NCBI RefSeq assembly: GCF_018350175.1
Contig: NC_058368.1
Span: 20,400,001-20,464,000, forward strand
Reading direction: 5' to 3'
Length of the DNA stretch: 64,000 nt
From: Felis catus
Lineage: Eukaryota
Shown: piece by piece, positions 28,527 through 42,810 of the stretch
Numbering within the stretch: the stretch's first letter is position 1
Layout of the letters: every line of letters starts with the position of its first letter
Notes under the pieces: generated by a model
What the model was told of the DNA's origin: nothing
What the model saw: the letters and a program-made list of their open reading frames with translations, nothing else
Database searches by the model: none
Translations under genes and position numbers: made by a program

Positions 28527-30320
28527 CACAGTAACAGACGCATGTATCAATGGCACAGAATAGAGACTCCAAAAATAAACCCATGGTCATATGGTCAACT
28601 AATCTATGATGCAGGAGGCAAGACCACACAATGGAGAAAAGACAGTCTCTTCAATAAATGGTGCTGGGAAAACTGGACAGCGACATGAAAAGGACAAAAC
28701 TGGACCACTTTCTAACACTGTACACAAAAATGAGCTCAAAATGGATTAAAGACCAAAATGGGAGACCTGAAAGTATAAAAACCCTAGAAGAGAGCACAGA
28801 TAGTCATTTCTCTGACATTGGCTGTAACAACATTTTTCTAGATATATGTCCTAAGGCAATGGAAACAAAAGCAAAAATCAACTTTAAGATAAAAACTTTT
28901 TGCAGTCATGAATTTAAAGAAAGACTAGTCTGGGGGCACGTGGATGGCTCAAGGGTTAAGCATCCAACTTTGGCTCAGATCACGGTCTCAGGGTTCGTGG
29001 GTTCAAGCCCCACATTGGGCTCTGTGCTAACAGCTTGGAGCCTGGAGCCTGCTAGGGATTCTGTGTCTCCCTCTCTCTCTGCCCCTCCCCTGCCTGTTCC
29101 TGCTCTCTCTCTCTCTCTCCCTCAACATAAATAAACATTTAAAAAAAGAAAAAAAGACCTGTGCATAGGAAAGGAAACCATCAACAACACAAAAAGACAC
29201 CTACTGAGTGGGAGAAGATATTTGCAAGTGATATGTCTAATAAATGGTTAATATCCAAAATGTACAAAGAAATGATACAATTCAATACCAACCCCCCCCC
29301 CCAAACAATCCAATTAAAAAATGGGCAGAGGACACAAATAGACATTTTACCAAAGAAGATATACAGATGGCCAACAGACACATGAAAAGATGTCCAGCAT
29401 CACTCATCATCAGGGAAATGCAAATCAAAACCACAATGAGTTACCACCTTACACTTGTCAGAATGGCTAGAATCAAAAGGACAAGAAACAACAAGGGTTG
29501 GCCACGATGTAAAGAAAAAGAAACTCTTGGACCCTGCTGGTAGAAAGGTAAGTTAGAATAGCCAATATGGAAAACAGTATGGAGGCTCCTTAAAAAATTA
29601 AAAATAGAAGTACTATACGGCCCAACAATTCTGCCACTGGGTATTTACCCAAAGAAAATGAAAACACTAATTTGAAAAGATATATGCACCCTGGTGTTTA
29701 TGGCAGCGTTATTTACAATAGACAAATTATGGAAGCAATCCAAGTATCCATCAATAGATGAATGGATAAGGAAGATGTGGTATGTGTGTGCACACGCTCA
29801 CGTGCATGCACACACACACGCACACACACACACACTGGAATATTACATGGCCATAAAAGATGAGATTGTGTCACTTGAGACAACATGGATGGACCGAGAG
29901 GGTATTATGCTAAGTGAATAAGTCAGACTGGAAGAGACAAATACTATACGATTCCACTAATATGTAGAATTAAAAAAAAAAAAACAAATGAACAAACAAA
30001 AAGCAGACTGAGACCTAGAAATACAGAGAAAAATACTGAAGGTTGGCAGAGGAAAAGGATGGGGCTGGTGGGCAGAACAGATGAAAGAGAGTGGGGGACA
30101 CAGGCCTCCAGTTCTGAAATGAGTAAGTCATGGCAATAAAAGGCACAGCACAGGAACACAGTCAATGATAATAGTGTAATAGTGACGTAGGGGGGACAGA
30201 TGGTAGGTACACTTGTGTGAGCATAACATAATGTATAAACTTGTCAAATCACTATGTTGTACACCTGAAACTAATGTAACATTGTGTGTCGACTATACTC
30301 AAATAAAACAAAAATAAATA
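28527..30320 (+). mobile_element. 5'-truncated carnivore L1 (end of ORF2 plus 3' UTR), decayed
   Basis: Fragments such as TPTEWEKIFA and [10 protein letters not shown] are L1 ORF2. A-rich tail. Degenerate TSD aaaaatgcccacata/aaaaatgttcaccta. Confidence 0.93.
28932..29155 (+). mobile_element. CAN-SINE inserted in L1
   Basis: SINE body and tail interrupt the ORF2 homology. Confidence 0.9.
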
Positions 30321-30617
30321 AAAATGTTCACCTAAAATAACTCTACACATGGTGAAAACAGCTCAGGTTAACACATATTGTCCCTTTTGTCCCCCTCTCT
30401 GAGTTTTCTTATTTCCTAAATTCCTCAGACAGCTTATTAGTCCACATGCTGATTCTGTGCCTTTCGTTGTGAGTTCTCCATGGAGGTCCGCCATGGTGCT
30501 TGAATTTCCATGTTGGTCCTTGGAGGTTGTGAAGATGATGGTGATGAACCAGATCACGAAGAAGAACAAATCAGGACAGAGCCTGGAACCCAGTTAGGCA
30601 TTCAGTAGACTTCTTTT

Positions 30618-30852
30618 CTTTTTTTATAATATTTTTTACATTTTATTTATTTTTAGGAGAGAGAGAGAGAGAGAGAGAGATAGACATAACACAAGTGGGG
30701 GAGAGGCAGAGAGAGAGGGAGACACAGAATCTGAAGCAGGTTCCCGGCTCTGAGCTGTCGTCACAGAACCCAATGTGGGGCGTAAACCCACGAACCACGA
30801 GATCATGACCTGAGTCAAAGTCAGACACTTAACTGAGCCATCCAGGTGCCCC
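30618..30852 (-). mobile_element. CAN-SINE
   Basis: Perfect 16-bp TSD tcagtagacttctttt at 30602 and 30853. Confidence 0.94.
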
Positions 30853-30914
30853 TCAGTAGACTTCTTTTAAACTCTGTATTTTATTATGTCTTACACTTTT
30901 TTTTAACTGTTTAT

Positions 30915-31130
30915 TTATTTATTTTTTCAACGTTTATTTATTTTTCGGACAGAGAGAGACAGAGCACGAACGGGGGAGGGGCAGAGAGAGAGGGAGACAC
31001 AGAATCGGAAACAGGCTCCAGGCTCTGAGCCATCAGCCCAGAGCCTGACGCGGGGCTCGAACTCCCGGACCGCGAGATCGTGACCTGGCTGAAGTCGGAC
31101 GCTTAACCGACTGCGCCACCCAGGCGCCCC
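30915..31130 (-). mobile_element. Young SINEC_Fc nested in the tail of an older SINE
   Basis: Diagnostic young head in reverse orientation. actgtttattt is duplicated on both sides. Confidence 0.94.
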
Positions 31131-31331
31131 TTTACTGTTTATTTTTTTAAAGAGAGGGAGAGCATAAGTGGGGGAGGGGCAGAGAGAGAGACAGACAGAC
31201 AGAATCCGAAGCAGGCTCCAGGCTCTGAGCTGTCAGCACAAGAGCCCCATGCAGGGCTCAAACTCAGGAGCTGTGAGGTAATGACCTGAGCCGAAGTTGG
31301 AGGCTTAACCGACTGAGCCACCCAGGCACCT
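31131..31331 (-). mobile_element. Older CAN-SINE
   Basis: Reverse-complement SINE body. Confidence 0.92.
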
Positions 31332-31842
31332 CTATTCCATATACTTTCAAAGAATCATGCTAATTTCTTTTCAATTTATTCCGTGACTTGAGTCCAAATT
31401 TGGCCACTTTAGGTACTGACAACTTTTTTCGAGCATTTCCAGTACATCTCGCCCTTTCTTTCCTACTGCGAACGTCTCATCGCCTTCCGAAGGAGCTGCA
31501 CGATCCCCTGTTTATCAGCAGGGGAACAGGCCAAAGGAAGACTAAGTATTTTGCCTCCAGGTCAGTAACAGTCCCTGAGCAAGAAAGAGGTAGATCTTAT
31601 TATCTGTCTCTCTTTGAGGTAACTGGACATCCACTGACCCACGGCAATCGTGGAGCAGGGACATCCACCTTCCCTTCACAGCGCACTTACTCAAATTTAC
31701 CTTTTAAGTTCTGCAAATTCATAACTTCACATACATTTAGTTTCAGCAGCACGGAATTCTTTTCGGCGGTTGTGGCTTGCTTGCGTGTGGGTGCTCAGAG
31801 GCTGGCTCAGGCTGCTTTCTCTCTCCTGCCCTTCACCTCTAG

Positions 31843-32082
<240 letters not shown>

Positions 32083-32310
32083 TAGAAGATGAGCTACCAG
32101 GAATCTCACCTCCCACTAGAGGGAAACTCGCACCTGCACTCTGTAGACCAGCCTGGGGCTCGCTCTTCTCCTCGGGGCCCTTTGCTTTAGTTATGCCAGA
32201 GGCCAGCACCCAGCCTACCCCTACAACACTCGCAGCCATATTTGGACAAAAACCCCTTCCGGCAGTCCACTGGCCCCAACTGCGACAAATGAGTCAAGAA
32301 AGGGATTGGA

Positions 32311-32540
32311 GGGGCGCCTGGGTGGCTCAGTCAGTTAAGTGGCCGACTTCGGCTCAGGTCACGATCTCGCAGTTTGTGGGTTCAAGCCCCGCGTCGGGCT
32401 CTGTGCCGACAGCTCAGGGCCTGGAGCTTGCTTCGGATTCTGTGTCTCCCTCTCTCTCTGCTTCTCCCCCACCAGCACTCTGTCTCCCTCTCTCTCTCTC
32501 AAAAGTGAATAAACATTAAAAAAAAAATTTTTTTTAAACA
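32311..32540 (+). mobile_element. CAN-SINE
   Basis: Full head, CT tract and tail. gggattgga is duplicated on both flanks. Confidence 0.93.
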
Positions 32541-33109
32541 TAAAAAGTAAAATCTTTGAAGGAAGGGGATTGGAGGGGGAGCTGGTGTTATATGGGTGCG
32601 AAGACAGAGTTTCAGCATTGTAAGGCGAAGAAGGACTGGGCAGCTGTCCCTCAAAAATGAGTATATTCCACGTCACTGCACTGCAGGCCGAAAGACGGCT
32701 CAGATGGCAAATTTTATGTTATGTGTATTTCACTACGGTTTTTGTTTTAAGAGAAGAAAAAGAAACGGAGAAAGTGTTTAAAAAACTGTCGACTCTGCCT
32801 GAGCGAGTTTGGCAGTGTCCGCACCGGGCTGACTGATCCTTCGTCTGGTTTGTCCCCGCTTCGCCCAGCACCCCCTCTGACGCCCTCGGGGTCAGCACTC
32901 TGTGAGGACGCGCAGGGCAGGCCAGGGCCAGGGAGCCCGCCTAGGCCAGCCTGGGTCTTTGGAGAGAGAGTGAGGTGAGGGCCGGGGGTGATGCTTCTCC
33001 CCTTGCCAACGTGTGTCATTCACTGGCTGTCTCCTGGTGGAAAGCAAACGATTCAGTCACATTCATGAGTTCAGCCCGCTTTCAAATTCCATTACTTAAC
33101 GGTCCGTTT

Positions 33110-33296
33110 CTTTTTAAGTTTATTGTATTTTGAGAGATAGAGAGCACACGCAGAGGAGGGGCAGAGAGAGAGGGAGAGAGAATCTGCGCTGATGGTGCGG
33201 AGCCTGATGCAGGGCTCCAGCTCACGAACCGCGAGATCGTGACCCGAGCTGGAACCAAGAGTCAGACGCTTATTCGACTGAGCCACCCAGGCGCCC
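33110..33296 (-). mobile_element. CAN-SINE
   Basis: Reverse-complement SINE body. Confidence 0.9.
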
Positions 33297-34080
33297 TGAC
33301 TGTCAGCTTCTTTAATCTTTGACTTGCCCTCCCTGGTGTAACTGATGGCAATTTTTTGCAGGGGTTCCTGGCCCCCGTTACTGAGGTGCTAGCTTTTGGT
33401 GCCCATACTAAGCAATGCTTGAGCTTTTTATCTAATGCTCAAAAGACCGCATTCTTGTGGTTTGCCATTGCTCCGGGCTCAAAAGACCTATATCTGTGAA
33501 ATTCGGGTTCTCATTGGGTTTGGTGGGATTTCACAGAAGGTTGCCCCCACCTCCCCGGCAGGCTCACTGTGCCCTGCAGGCTAATCTGCCCCCCTTCCTC
33601 CTGGACTGCAGCCCCTCGGTCCCTGACCGAGGCCAGCCCTCCTCTTGGGAGTTGGACCTGGAAACCCAGGACACTGGCGAAAGAACAGCAAAATCCACTG
33701 AGGATGCAAGTGTTACCTTCCACGATTTTTGAATGAAAAGGACATTATGGTTTTCTCTCATAACAATAGCCCTATACGTTCATTGTTAATCTAATGAATC
33801 AAATGATACACCAAAATACAAAGAAAGTACAGAATATGGTCTGTAATACTACCACCCAGAGATAATAACCACTGTTAAACTTTGGTCTATGTCTTTCCTT
33901 TCCAAAAGGTTTTAAACATACACACACGCACACACACACACACACACACACATGCTCACTTAATTAAAAACAATAGGACCTCTGCCATTTTGTCATCTGT
34001 TCTTTTCACTTAACCATTTATAATACATCAGGGGTTGTCTTTCCATGTCAGTAAACATAGATGTATGTCTTTATTTTTAA

Positions 34081-34503
<423 letters not shown>

Positions 34504-34665
34504 TAAGTGCTTGGACCAAATGGTATAACTAAGACGTTTTCATGTTGTCCAGACTCCTGGGGTGGTTCTTCAGGTGCCTTGAGTCCCCGTCCCATATACC
34601 AAAAATTACTCTTACAGATTTTGGGGGAAGGAGATCTTGGCTAAAGATCTTTTTCTTCCCCGCTA

Positions 34666-34852
34666 GGGCTGCCTGGGTGGCTCAGTCAGTTGAGCTTCCA
34701 ACTTCAGCTCGGGTCATGATCTCACGGTTCGTGAGTTCGAGCCCCGCATTATGTTGTCAGCATAGAGCCCGCTTCGTGTTCTCTGTCCCCTTCTCTCTCT
34801 ACCCTTCCTCCACTCGTGCGCTCTCTCTCACTCAAAAATAAATAAACGTTAA
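34666..34852 (+). mobile_element. CAN-SINE with internal deletions
   Basis: SINE head and caaaaataaataaacgtt tail. Confidence 0.9.
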
Positions 34853-35590
34853 GAGTATTAAAAGATGTTTTCCCCTAGTCTATACGTAAACTCCAGCCTG
34901 GTTCACTGCTGTCTCCTCCCTGTGACTTCAGCTCTGGATCTGCCGGCCTTGCCTCTGGCCTACCTGGCCCACATGCTTTGTGCCACCCTCTTTCACTGTT
35001 GCCCCCCAGGGCCACAGACACCCTATGTGCTACGAATTTTTTATGGGAGTTTGGGGTTGAGGAGGGCAAAGCGCCAAGAGGGAACCAACACCAGACTAAC
35101 CAGACGCCCCTGCCTTGGAAAGGCGTTGACCTGACTTAGCTGGAGAACTTCTTGCAGGCCGGGCTCCCCCTGGCCACTTCGCCACCATCTCTCGGCCTCT
35201 TTCCCTCCAGATCCAACTCTCCCGAGACGAGTTCCCATGTTTAGCCTCCAAATTCCTGTGACCTACTCATTTGGAGCGGTCAGTGCTCTCTTGCTCTGGC
35301 CACTGCCGCCCATGCTGCAGGGACCTCACCTTTCACAGCAGAAGGGGGTCTATCTGGGTTCGGGTTTGTACAAGAGCCATTCAACTCTGATGGATTCAGA
35401 GCTTTTCTAAATAGCACTTTCCGCCCATAACAATGGACTATGTAACGGACGTACTGAAACCAGGGCTCATCATCCAATCATCCGTCCTTCCCCTCCAAGG
35501 CCAGTCTGGGGTCCAGCCCCCATGATGATACCGCTTTGTCCGCCACAAGGCCCAGCCCTGGGGGGCATCTGATGGTCTCCGTTGGAATAG

Positions 35591-35839
<249 letters not shown>

Positions 35840-37243
35840 GGCCCTTCCGGCCATTCAGCTTGGCTCAGGCTGGGTCCCTGAGAAGGTGGCTACTTTCAGG
35901 GCAGCACGGGTGTTTGGCAGAATCAAAAATGGAAGTCGGAACAAAGTCAAGCCCACGAGCCCATCAGCACTGCCCGCCGGTGCCCGGTTAGTGCCAAACA
36001 CACGCGCGGTCTCCCAGAGGACCTGCCCTAGGAGACTCTGGAGCCGGGCTTTCCCGGCATGGCTGGTTGGCAGGTAGTTACAGCTCGGCGGGTCTCCCAG
36101 CAGGGAGTGGGAGTATCCAGGCTCACTCCCTGGTCTCCCCTGGCCTGTTTCAGTTCTCTGTGCATCCGTCCGAGTGGCTTCTAACACTGTGCTCAGGACA
36201 GGAAATGAGCCCACCCCTGGCTCTCTGGCCAAAGTTTTCAGAAAGGCGGCTCCTGTCTCTGCGGGGCTCAGGAATACCCTGATCACAGAGGTCGCCTTCC
36301 TTTGTGCAGAACACGGTCCCGGAAGCACCTCCTTCTGCACTAACACTTTCACGGTTCTAGACATTTCTAGAAACATCTGCTGGATTACACGGAAGATGGG
36401 GCCAGTGCCCTGGCATTGGGAAGGAGTGTGCCAGGGCCCTGCCTTGGGACCACACTATCTCTCCAGCCCCGAAACCCAGCTCTCCTTCCCACAGGTGGTG
36501 GGCTTTCTTCTAATTATCGTCCAGAATATCCTGATAGACACCCATATGACCAGCTTATGGCCCGGCTGTGCCTCTCCCCTCCCCACTTAAGAGGAAAATC
36601 AGCATCCCTGAGTTCTTTTGGACTAGGAAGGAATTGTGATTTTAGTAACTATCTGAATTGGAATTACATCTTAAATATATTCTTTGCACTTCTCACATAC
36701 TTTTTCCTGCTCGGGTTTGAGAACCACTGGTCTGGAGAACACATTGCATTCTGTTCATTCCTATTACTTCTTCTGGTGTTTTCTTACAAAGAAAGAAATC
36801 GTCCAGTTGGTACATGCTCATGAAATGCCAGAGTGCTCTTGGGGGTGAAGGAGGGAGACAGACTAGGACAAACCAATAATCTAAATTAAGCCCAAGACGC
36901 TCTAGGCTAAGGTCACTCTGAGAACTGAATAGAGCTTTCTTTCTGCCAGGCCCATGTAATGATGGTTGTATTGTTCAGTTTTTTATAAAGAATGTTTTAT
37001 TTATGTGAACTTGACTATCTGAATCTAAGTATTTAAAACTCCTATGAGAAAAAAAAAACCTAAAACTTATGTGGCATTCTTAGCCATTTTATATCAACAC
37101 ATTTCGGATGAAAATATACTGGAAATGTTTTAATACTTGCCTTTATTATTATTTTCCTTTTGAGTGCCAAGGTCAATGTTTGGGAGATCTCTTTCATTTT
37201 GTTGCTTATCCTAAGCCCACTCTAGCCAGAAGCTTGGCTGAAA

Positions 37244-37357
37244 AATAAATGTTTGGGAGATTTGTTTTATAAACTGCATTAAAGCACACCAAGTTAATAT
37301 TGCCACGCATCTTCCTTTCCCCCAAATGTGGCCTTGTTTTGAAGCCCCACAAATAAA
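37244..37357 (+). terminator. Candidate polyadenylation signals of C13orf42 (AATAAA at 37244 and 37352, ATTAAA near 37278)
   Basis: Cluster of canonical hexamers in an AT/U-rich, repeat-free stretch about 1.4-1.5 kb after the stop codon. Which one is used cannot be told from sequence. Confidence 0.4.
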
Positions 37358-38179
37358 AGTTCACTGCTAAGGATAAGTTCAGAATGAAGGTCTCTTTACC
37401 CTGCCTCTTATCAAACTACAGTTTGTCATAGATTCGACCCTGACATTATGTGGTGAAGACTTTGTGTACATTTTGCTTTTACAGATAAGAAAAAAAATAA
37501 ACAGGACAGAAAGGATGTTTGGAGTCTTGATTTTTTTTTCTTTTAGCATTTATTGCTTATGGGACACGAAGCCATGCTTTCCTCTCTTGCTTCCCATTTT
37601 GTATATTTTTGTCTTTAATGAGACTATACACAGACTACCTGAAAAATTCCATGATTCAGAAACAGAAGGCTGGCGTGTCTTTGGGATGATTTTAGGTATT
37701 TGAAATTGGCGATAAACTGCAGGATCTGGGCTTTGTCTAGGGAATCCTGAGATAGTGTCTACTGAGGTCTTAAGAGAAATAAAATTCATGGCAATAAAAG
37801 TCAATTCAGTAAAATCAGCTGATGTGATTGATTCTCTTCCCCCACGAATCGAGCAGTTATTCAATCAGCTGCTCCTTGAGAAACAATGGTAGTGGCTACA
37901 GCTTTCTCAGGATTGTCTCAGTTTTGATTTATGGAAATCTACCTATCTCTAGACCTCTGTCCAAAAAAGAGGATGTGAGCTGCTGGCAATGGACTTACAC
38001 TTCAGGCTTTGTTTTCTAGCTCCCACCACAAAATGTCTTCTTCATGCAGGAAGATACATGGGAGTTTAGTTTGAATGGTGTATACCCAACTCTGAAGGGT
38101 AGCTCTGCCACAGAGAACATGGCTTCCAGGTGGTTCTAACAGGAGGCACATTCGTGTCATCACGGATGGCCCTTTCATG

Positions 38180-38640
38180 GTGAGTTCATTTCCTCCTGCT
38201 GTCGTAACAATGACCACAAATGCAGGGGCTTTATTCTCTTAGAGTCTGGAGAACTAGAATCAGGCCGACTGGGATAAATCAAGGTGTGAGCAGAGTTGAT
38301 GCCTTCTGGAGGCTTTGAGGGGATCATCCGTCCCCTTGCCTTTCCGGCTTCCAGAGGATGGCCACATACCCTGGCTTGTGGGCCCTGCTTGACATCACCT
38401 GCACCTTCTGCTTCTGTCTTCACATCTCCAGCTACTCAGTCTGATCTCTTGCTTGTCCCTCTTAAGGACCTTTGTGATTACATCAGTCCCACCTGGATGA
38501 CCCAGGATCGTCTCCCCGTCTCAAAAACCTTAACTGAATCAAATCTACAAAGTCCCTTTTGCCATGTAAGGTAACATTCACAGTTTCTGGGGGTTAGGAT
38601 GCAGCCATCATGGGGAGGCCATCATTCGGTCCACCACACA
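38180..38640 (-). mobile_element. MLT1 (C/D-like) solo LTR
   Basis: Motifs aatcaaggtgtgagcagag, ccttctggaggct, cttaaggacctttgtgattacat and aagtccctttttgccatgtaaggtaacattcacag. Confidence 0.8.
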
Positions 38641-39589
38641 TGGAACCACAGTGTATTCTAGTCCTTCAAGGCTAGAGGAATCTATCAAGTCCTTATTAAG
38701 CTGTATATCGAGCAAAATAGTAAAAGACACACTTTCTCTCCTTTGGTAATCGGCAACTCAACGGGGGAAGTTAGGACAAACACGGATAAAATGGTGCTGA
38801 GCACTTACTGCTTCACGGAGCACCTCTGCCCTCCCCCCCCCCCCATAAGAATAGCTCTGCAAAAGCAGAAGCCCATTTAGCTCAAGACGTCAGGGAGAAC
38901 TTCACAGGAGAGGTTCTCTTGAAAGACAGCTTTAGTCTCCGGCAGAAGATTGCTAAAGGCTGTCATTTCATGCAAAAGGACAGGTATTAGGAAAGTCACA
39001 GACATGGTAGTGGCCAGCAAGGGGATGCCCTTGACTGAAGGGCAAGGTTTTTACTGAGCATCCATGGAAGGCTAGATTGACAGATGTCAAGTAGAATTGA
39101 TCAGGTGGGGGTAAAGAATTGAGTGTTGTCTTGAGCTGAAGCATAGAGAGCAGAAGCCTCAGATGATGCAATATAGTTATGGGGGTGGAGGGATGGTGAG
39201 CCTGGAGAATGGCCCCTGAAAGGCTGTGGGATTAAACCAATCCAAACTTCCCATAGCTTCAGGAAGAGAGGATCTCAGGCCCCAGATCTGACTTCTGTGG
39301 TAGATCTTGCCCACGGTCCCTGTGCGGTTCACATGCGTTCTCAGGTGGTATCTGTTTCCAGCTGTGGTAGGCACCCCCCCCCCAATCAAACACAGGGTGC
39401 CCTAGACCCCCCTGTTCCTCACCAACACCCTGGGTCAGGGCAGCTCTCCTTGAAAGGGGCAGGAGGAGCATGGTGGTGGTGAGGGGAGGGTTTGGGCAGA
39501 CACAGGGTGTAAATAAATGTATGAAGCCATTTTGGTTGACCTCCCAGGCCATGGAGGATGTCAAAAGCCTGCCAGTCATTCTCTTGGGG

Positions 39590-41660
39590 TAATTCCCGTG
39601 TTCATTTATCCATTTGTTTGTCATTTGACAAAGAATGTTGAGCATGTACTGTGTCCCACCCTATGTCTGGGGACAGAACATAAACAGTCTCTCATGGCGC
39701 TTTCAGTCTGGTGGGAGAGACAGACCTTAATCAAAGGATTACAGCAGTACCATGGATCAGAACTGTGGTAAGGGCCGGGAGGGAGGCCCGTGGTGTCACA
39801 GGGAACTTGTAAGCGGGGGGGGGGCGTGTGAGCTGGTTGGGGCGTCTGAGTGGCTTGGGGAGGGCTTTCTAGATCTCATATGGCTTCACTTGTCCTACTC
39901 AAATACTCAAATGTCACCTCCTCAGAGAGGTCTTCTTGACCACCCTATCTCAACTATCGCTGCTATTTTCTTAAAAAAAATTTAAAGCTTATTTATTTAT
40001 TTTGAGAGAGAGAGAAAGCAGGAGTTGGGGAGGGGGAGGGAGGGAGGGAGGGAGGGAAAGAGAATCCCAAGCAGGCTCTGCCCTGTTAGCGTGGAGCCTG
40101 ACATGGGACTCAAACCCATGAACCAGAGCCAAAGTTGGATGTTTAACTGACTGGGCCATGCAGGTGCCCCTCAACTATCACTGCTCTTAATCTCTACCAT
40201 GGATCAGCTGGCTGCGCTGTGTTTACTATGATCTAACACGTGATTATACACACACGCACACATATACACACTCACACATACTCACTCATATACATTCACA
40301 TATGCACGCTTGCCCCCATTAAATTGTGAGCTTCATGAGGGCAGTAGCATAGTCTATTCTGTTCATGCTCTGTCCCCTGCGTCAAGAAGAGTGCCTACAC
40401 CAACAACTGTTTGTTGACTGAGTGACTGATTGACAGATTGCATAAATGAATTGAAATGAAGTGAGTTGAGATCTTTAGGGGGATAGGAGGCATCAGAATA
40501 TAAAGGGTTGGGGGCTGTAGAGACAGATTCAGGCTGAGGAAATGCCATGGGCAAAGGATCTGTGCTGGAGGGAGTATGGCACTGGAGGGAGTTCAAAGAC
40601 ATCACTGATTTATTCACAAGTTATACTGAGTACTCATATATGCTCACAACTCTCCCAGACCCTGAGAGTAAAACACTAAGACTAGATCCCTACCTTCAAA
40701 GCTTAGAAATTTGGTGGGAGAGGTGTGCAGGCAATAAGTCAGCATACATTATATGCATATATTCAAATGTAATAACGTGTCAGGTAATGATAAATGATAT
40801 GAAGTAGAATAGAGAATGGGCTAGAGGGTAGATGAGCAGAAGGTGGGGGGTTTTTAGTCAGAGAAAGCCTCTCAGAGGTGGTGATGCTTGAACAGGGCCC
40901 TGAATGAGAGACGGATTAAGTGAGACCAGGGGAAGGACTGGTCAGGCCAAGGAGGGAGTCCGCACAAAGGCCCAGGGGCAGGATGGCATCAGGGAGGGGG
41001 TCTTGAGGAGGCAGGAAGAAATGTACTGGGTGGTTCTGAACGGGAGAGTAGCAGCTTCTGATTTCGTTTTTAAAAGAGGATTGTGGCCGTTGGGTGGGGA
41101 TCTGCCTTAAGGGCTCAGAGGGACAACTTGGGACAGCAGCCGGGTCACTCTGCAGTGGGCCGGACAAGAGACGATGCTGCCTGCCTGGATGGGGGGAGTG
41201 GGCTGCTACAGAGGACTGGGTTAGAGAGACTCTGAAGCAGGACAGGTGGGTATTTAGGCTTGCCTCGAACCAGATATAGAGACACGGGGCTCTCTCTTGA
41301 GGTGCACGTGACCACAGATACCCTTTATTAAGCTGATTGACAGAGGGGCTGGTTAGCAGGGGGGTTTTGGGGGGCGGTAACCAAAAGCCATTTCTTGGAT
41401 GTATTAACTTAGAGCCTTCTGTGCACTTCCAGCTGGGGAATCAGACACTTTGGGTGGAGCTCAGGGGAGCGGCTGGATCTAGGGGTGCAAAACTGGGAAG
41501 TGGTGCCATAGAGACAGAATCCGAAGCCACGAGGAGCTGCAGTCACCAAGATACGCCGTGGAGATCTGAAAGGAGGTGAGGTGAAGGATCCGCTGGAGAC
41601 CCCAATATTTAGAGGCCCAGAAGAGAAGGAGCCCATGTGGTGTGAGGGAAAGCATGCTCA
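39590..41660. mobile_element. Cluster of ancient L2 fragments
   Basis: Motifs ttcatttatccatttg...ttgagcatgtactgtgt, tcaaatgtcacctcctcagagagg and tgtgagcttcatgagggcag. Boundaries are approximate. Confidence 0.55.
39966..40170 (-). mobile_element. CAN-SINE
   Basis: TSD tcaactatc(g/a)ctgct on both flanks. Confidence 0.9.
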
Positions 41661-42606
41661 TGAGGTGAAGAAAATGCTCCACGTTTGGGGGGACGGAGCA
41701 TAGACAGTGGAGGGGGGTGGTGCAGGGCCAGCAGGGCATGCACCAAAGCCAGGTGAGAAGAATAGTCTTGACCTTGATTCAAAATGGTACCGTCTACATC
41801 CAGAGAGCTCACTGACCCTACTCGTAAAACCCAGCTCTAGATTCTTTCTGGCTCTTTCTAAAACTCCAGTGGTCCTGAGAGGCAGTGGAGGGTAACAGAC
41901 CAGAGCTTCAAGGATCTCACCGGCAGCCAGTGTCGGGGGCGGGGGGGGGGTGGTGTGATGGGTGAGCGGGCGGGGGGTGGCATCAGGCCCTCACACCTCC
42001 TCCTCCAACGAGCAAGACCCGCTCTCACCCCGTGGCCCTCTGCAGACCATGCAGGCCCGGGTGGAAAAGCAGGCCAGCGACTTGGGCTCCCTGGGCCTCA
42101 TTTTTCTCAAACGTGAATTGGGCATGATAATACTAGCTCTTAACTTGCAGTGTTGTGATGAGGGCTAAAGGGCCTGCCAGACAGTAATTGTTAACTACGG
42201 GCATATTAAAGGGTGATGATTTGCCATCCCTTCGAAGAGTCTAAAATTCTGCCACACACCCTGAAAATAGCTATAAAAGAGAAATTCTAAAAATTTTGAA
42301 GACTGGATTAGAGGTAGTCTAGCCTCCTGAAATAACCGTTTGGAAGAAGGCAGCACTGAATCAACATGAGGATGGAAATGTGCTCTTGAGTCAGAGGTCT
42401 AGCCGGACTCTCAGCTCCCCCACCCAGCAGATGGTTGGCCTTGGACGTGACGCTTGACTGCTTTCCGCCTCAGTGTCCTGGTTGTAAAGTATCACAGCAC
42501 GCGTGACTCCCTCACGGGGTATATGAGCACCTAATACGACAATGCACATAGAGTACTCCGCACAGTGTCCCGCACACAGCAAGCACACCATAAATACTGC
42601 AGTTAA

Positions 42607-42810
42607 GGGGTGCCTGTGCAGCTCAGTCAGTTAAACATGCAACTTGGGCTTCGGTCGTGATCTCGCGGTTCATGAGTTCGAGCCCTGCGTCGGGCTTTCT
42701 CTCTGCCGTCAGCACAGAGCCTGCTTCAGATCCTCTGTCTCCACCTCTCCCTGCCTCTCCCCCCATTTGTGCTCTTTCTCTCTCAAAAACAAATAAACAC
42801 TAGAAAAAAT
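42607..42810 (+). mobile_element. CAN-SINE
   Basis: SINE head, CT tract and A tail. Confidence 0.9.
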
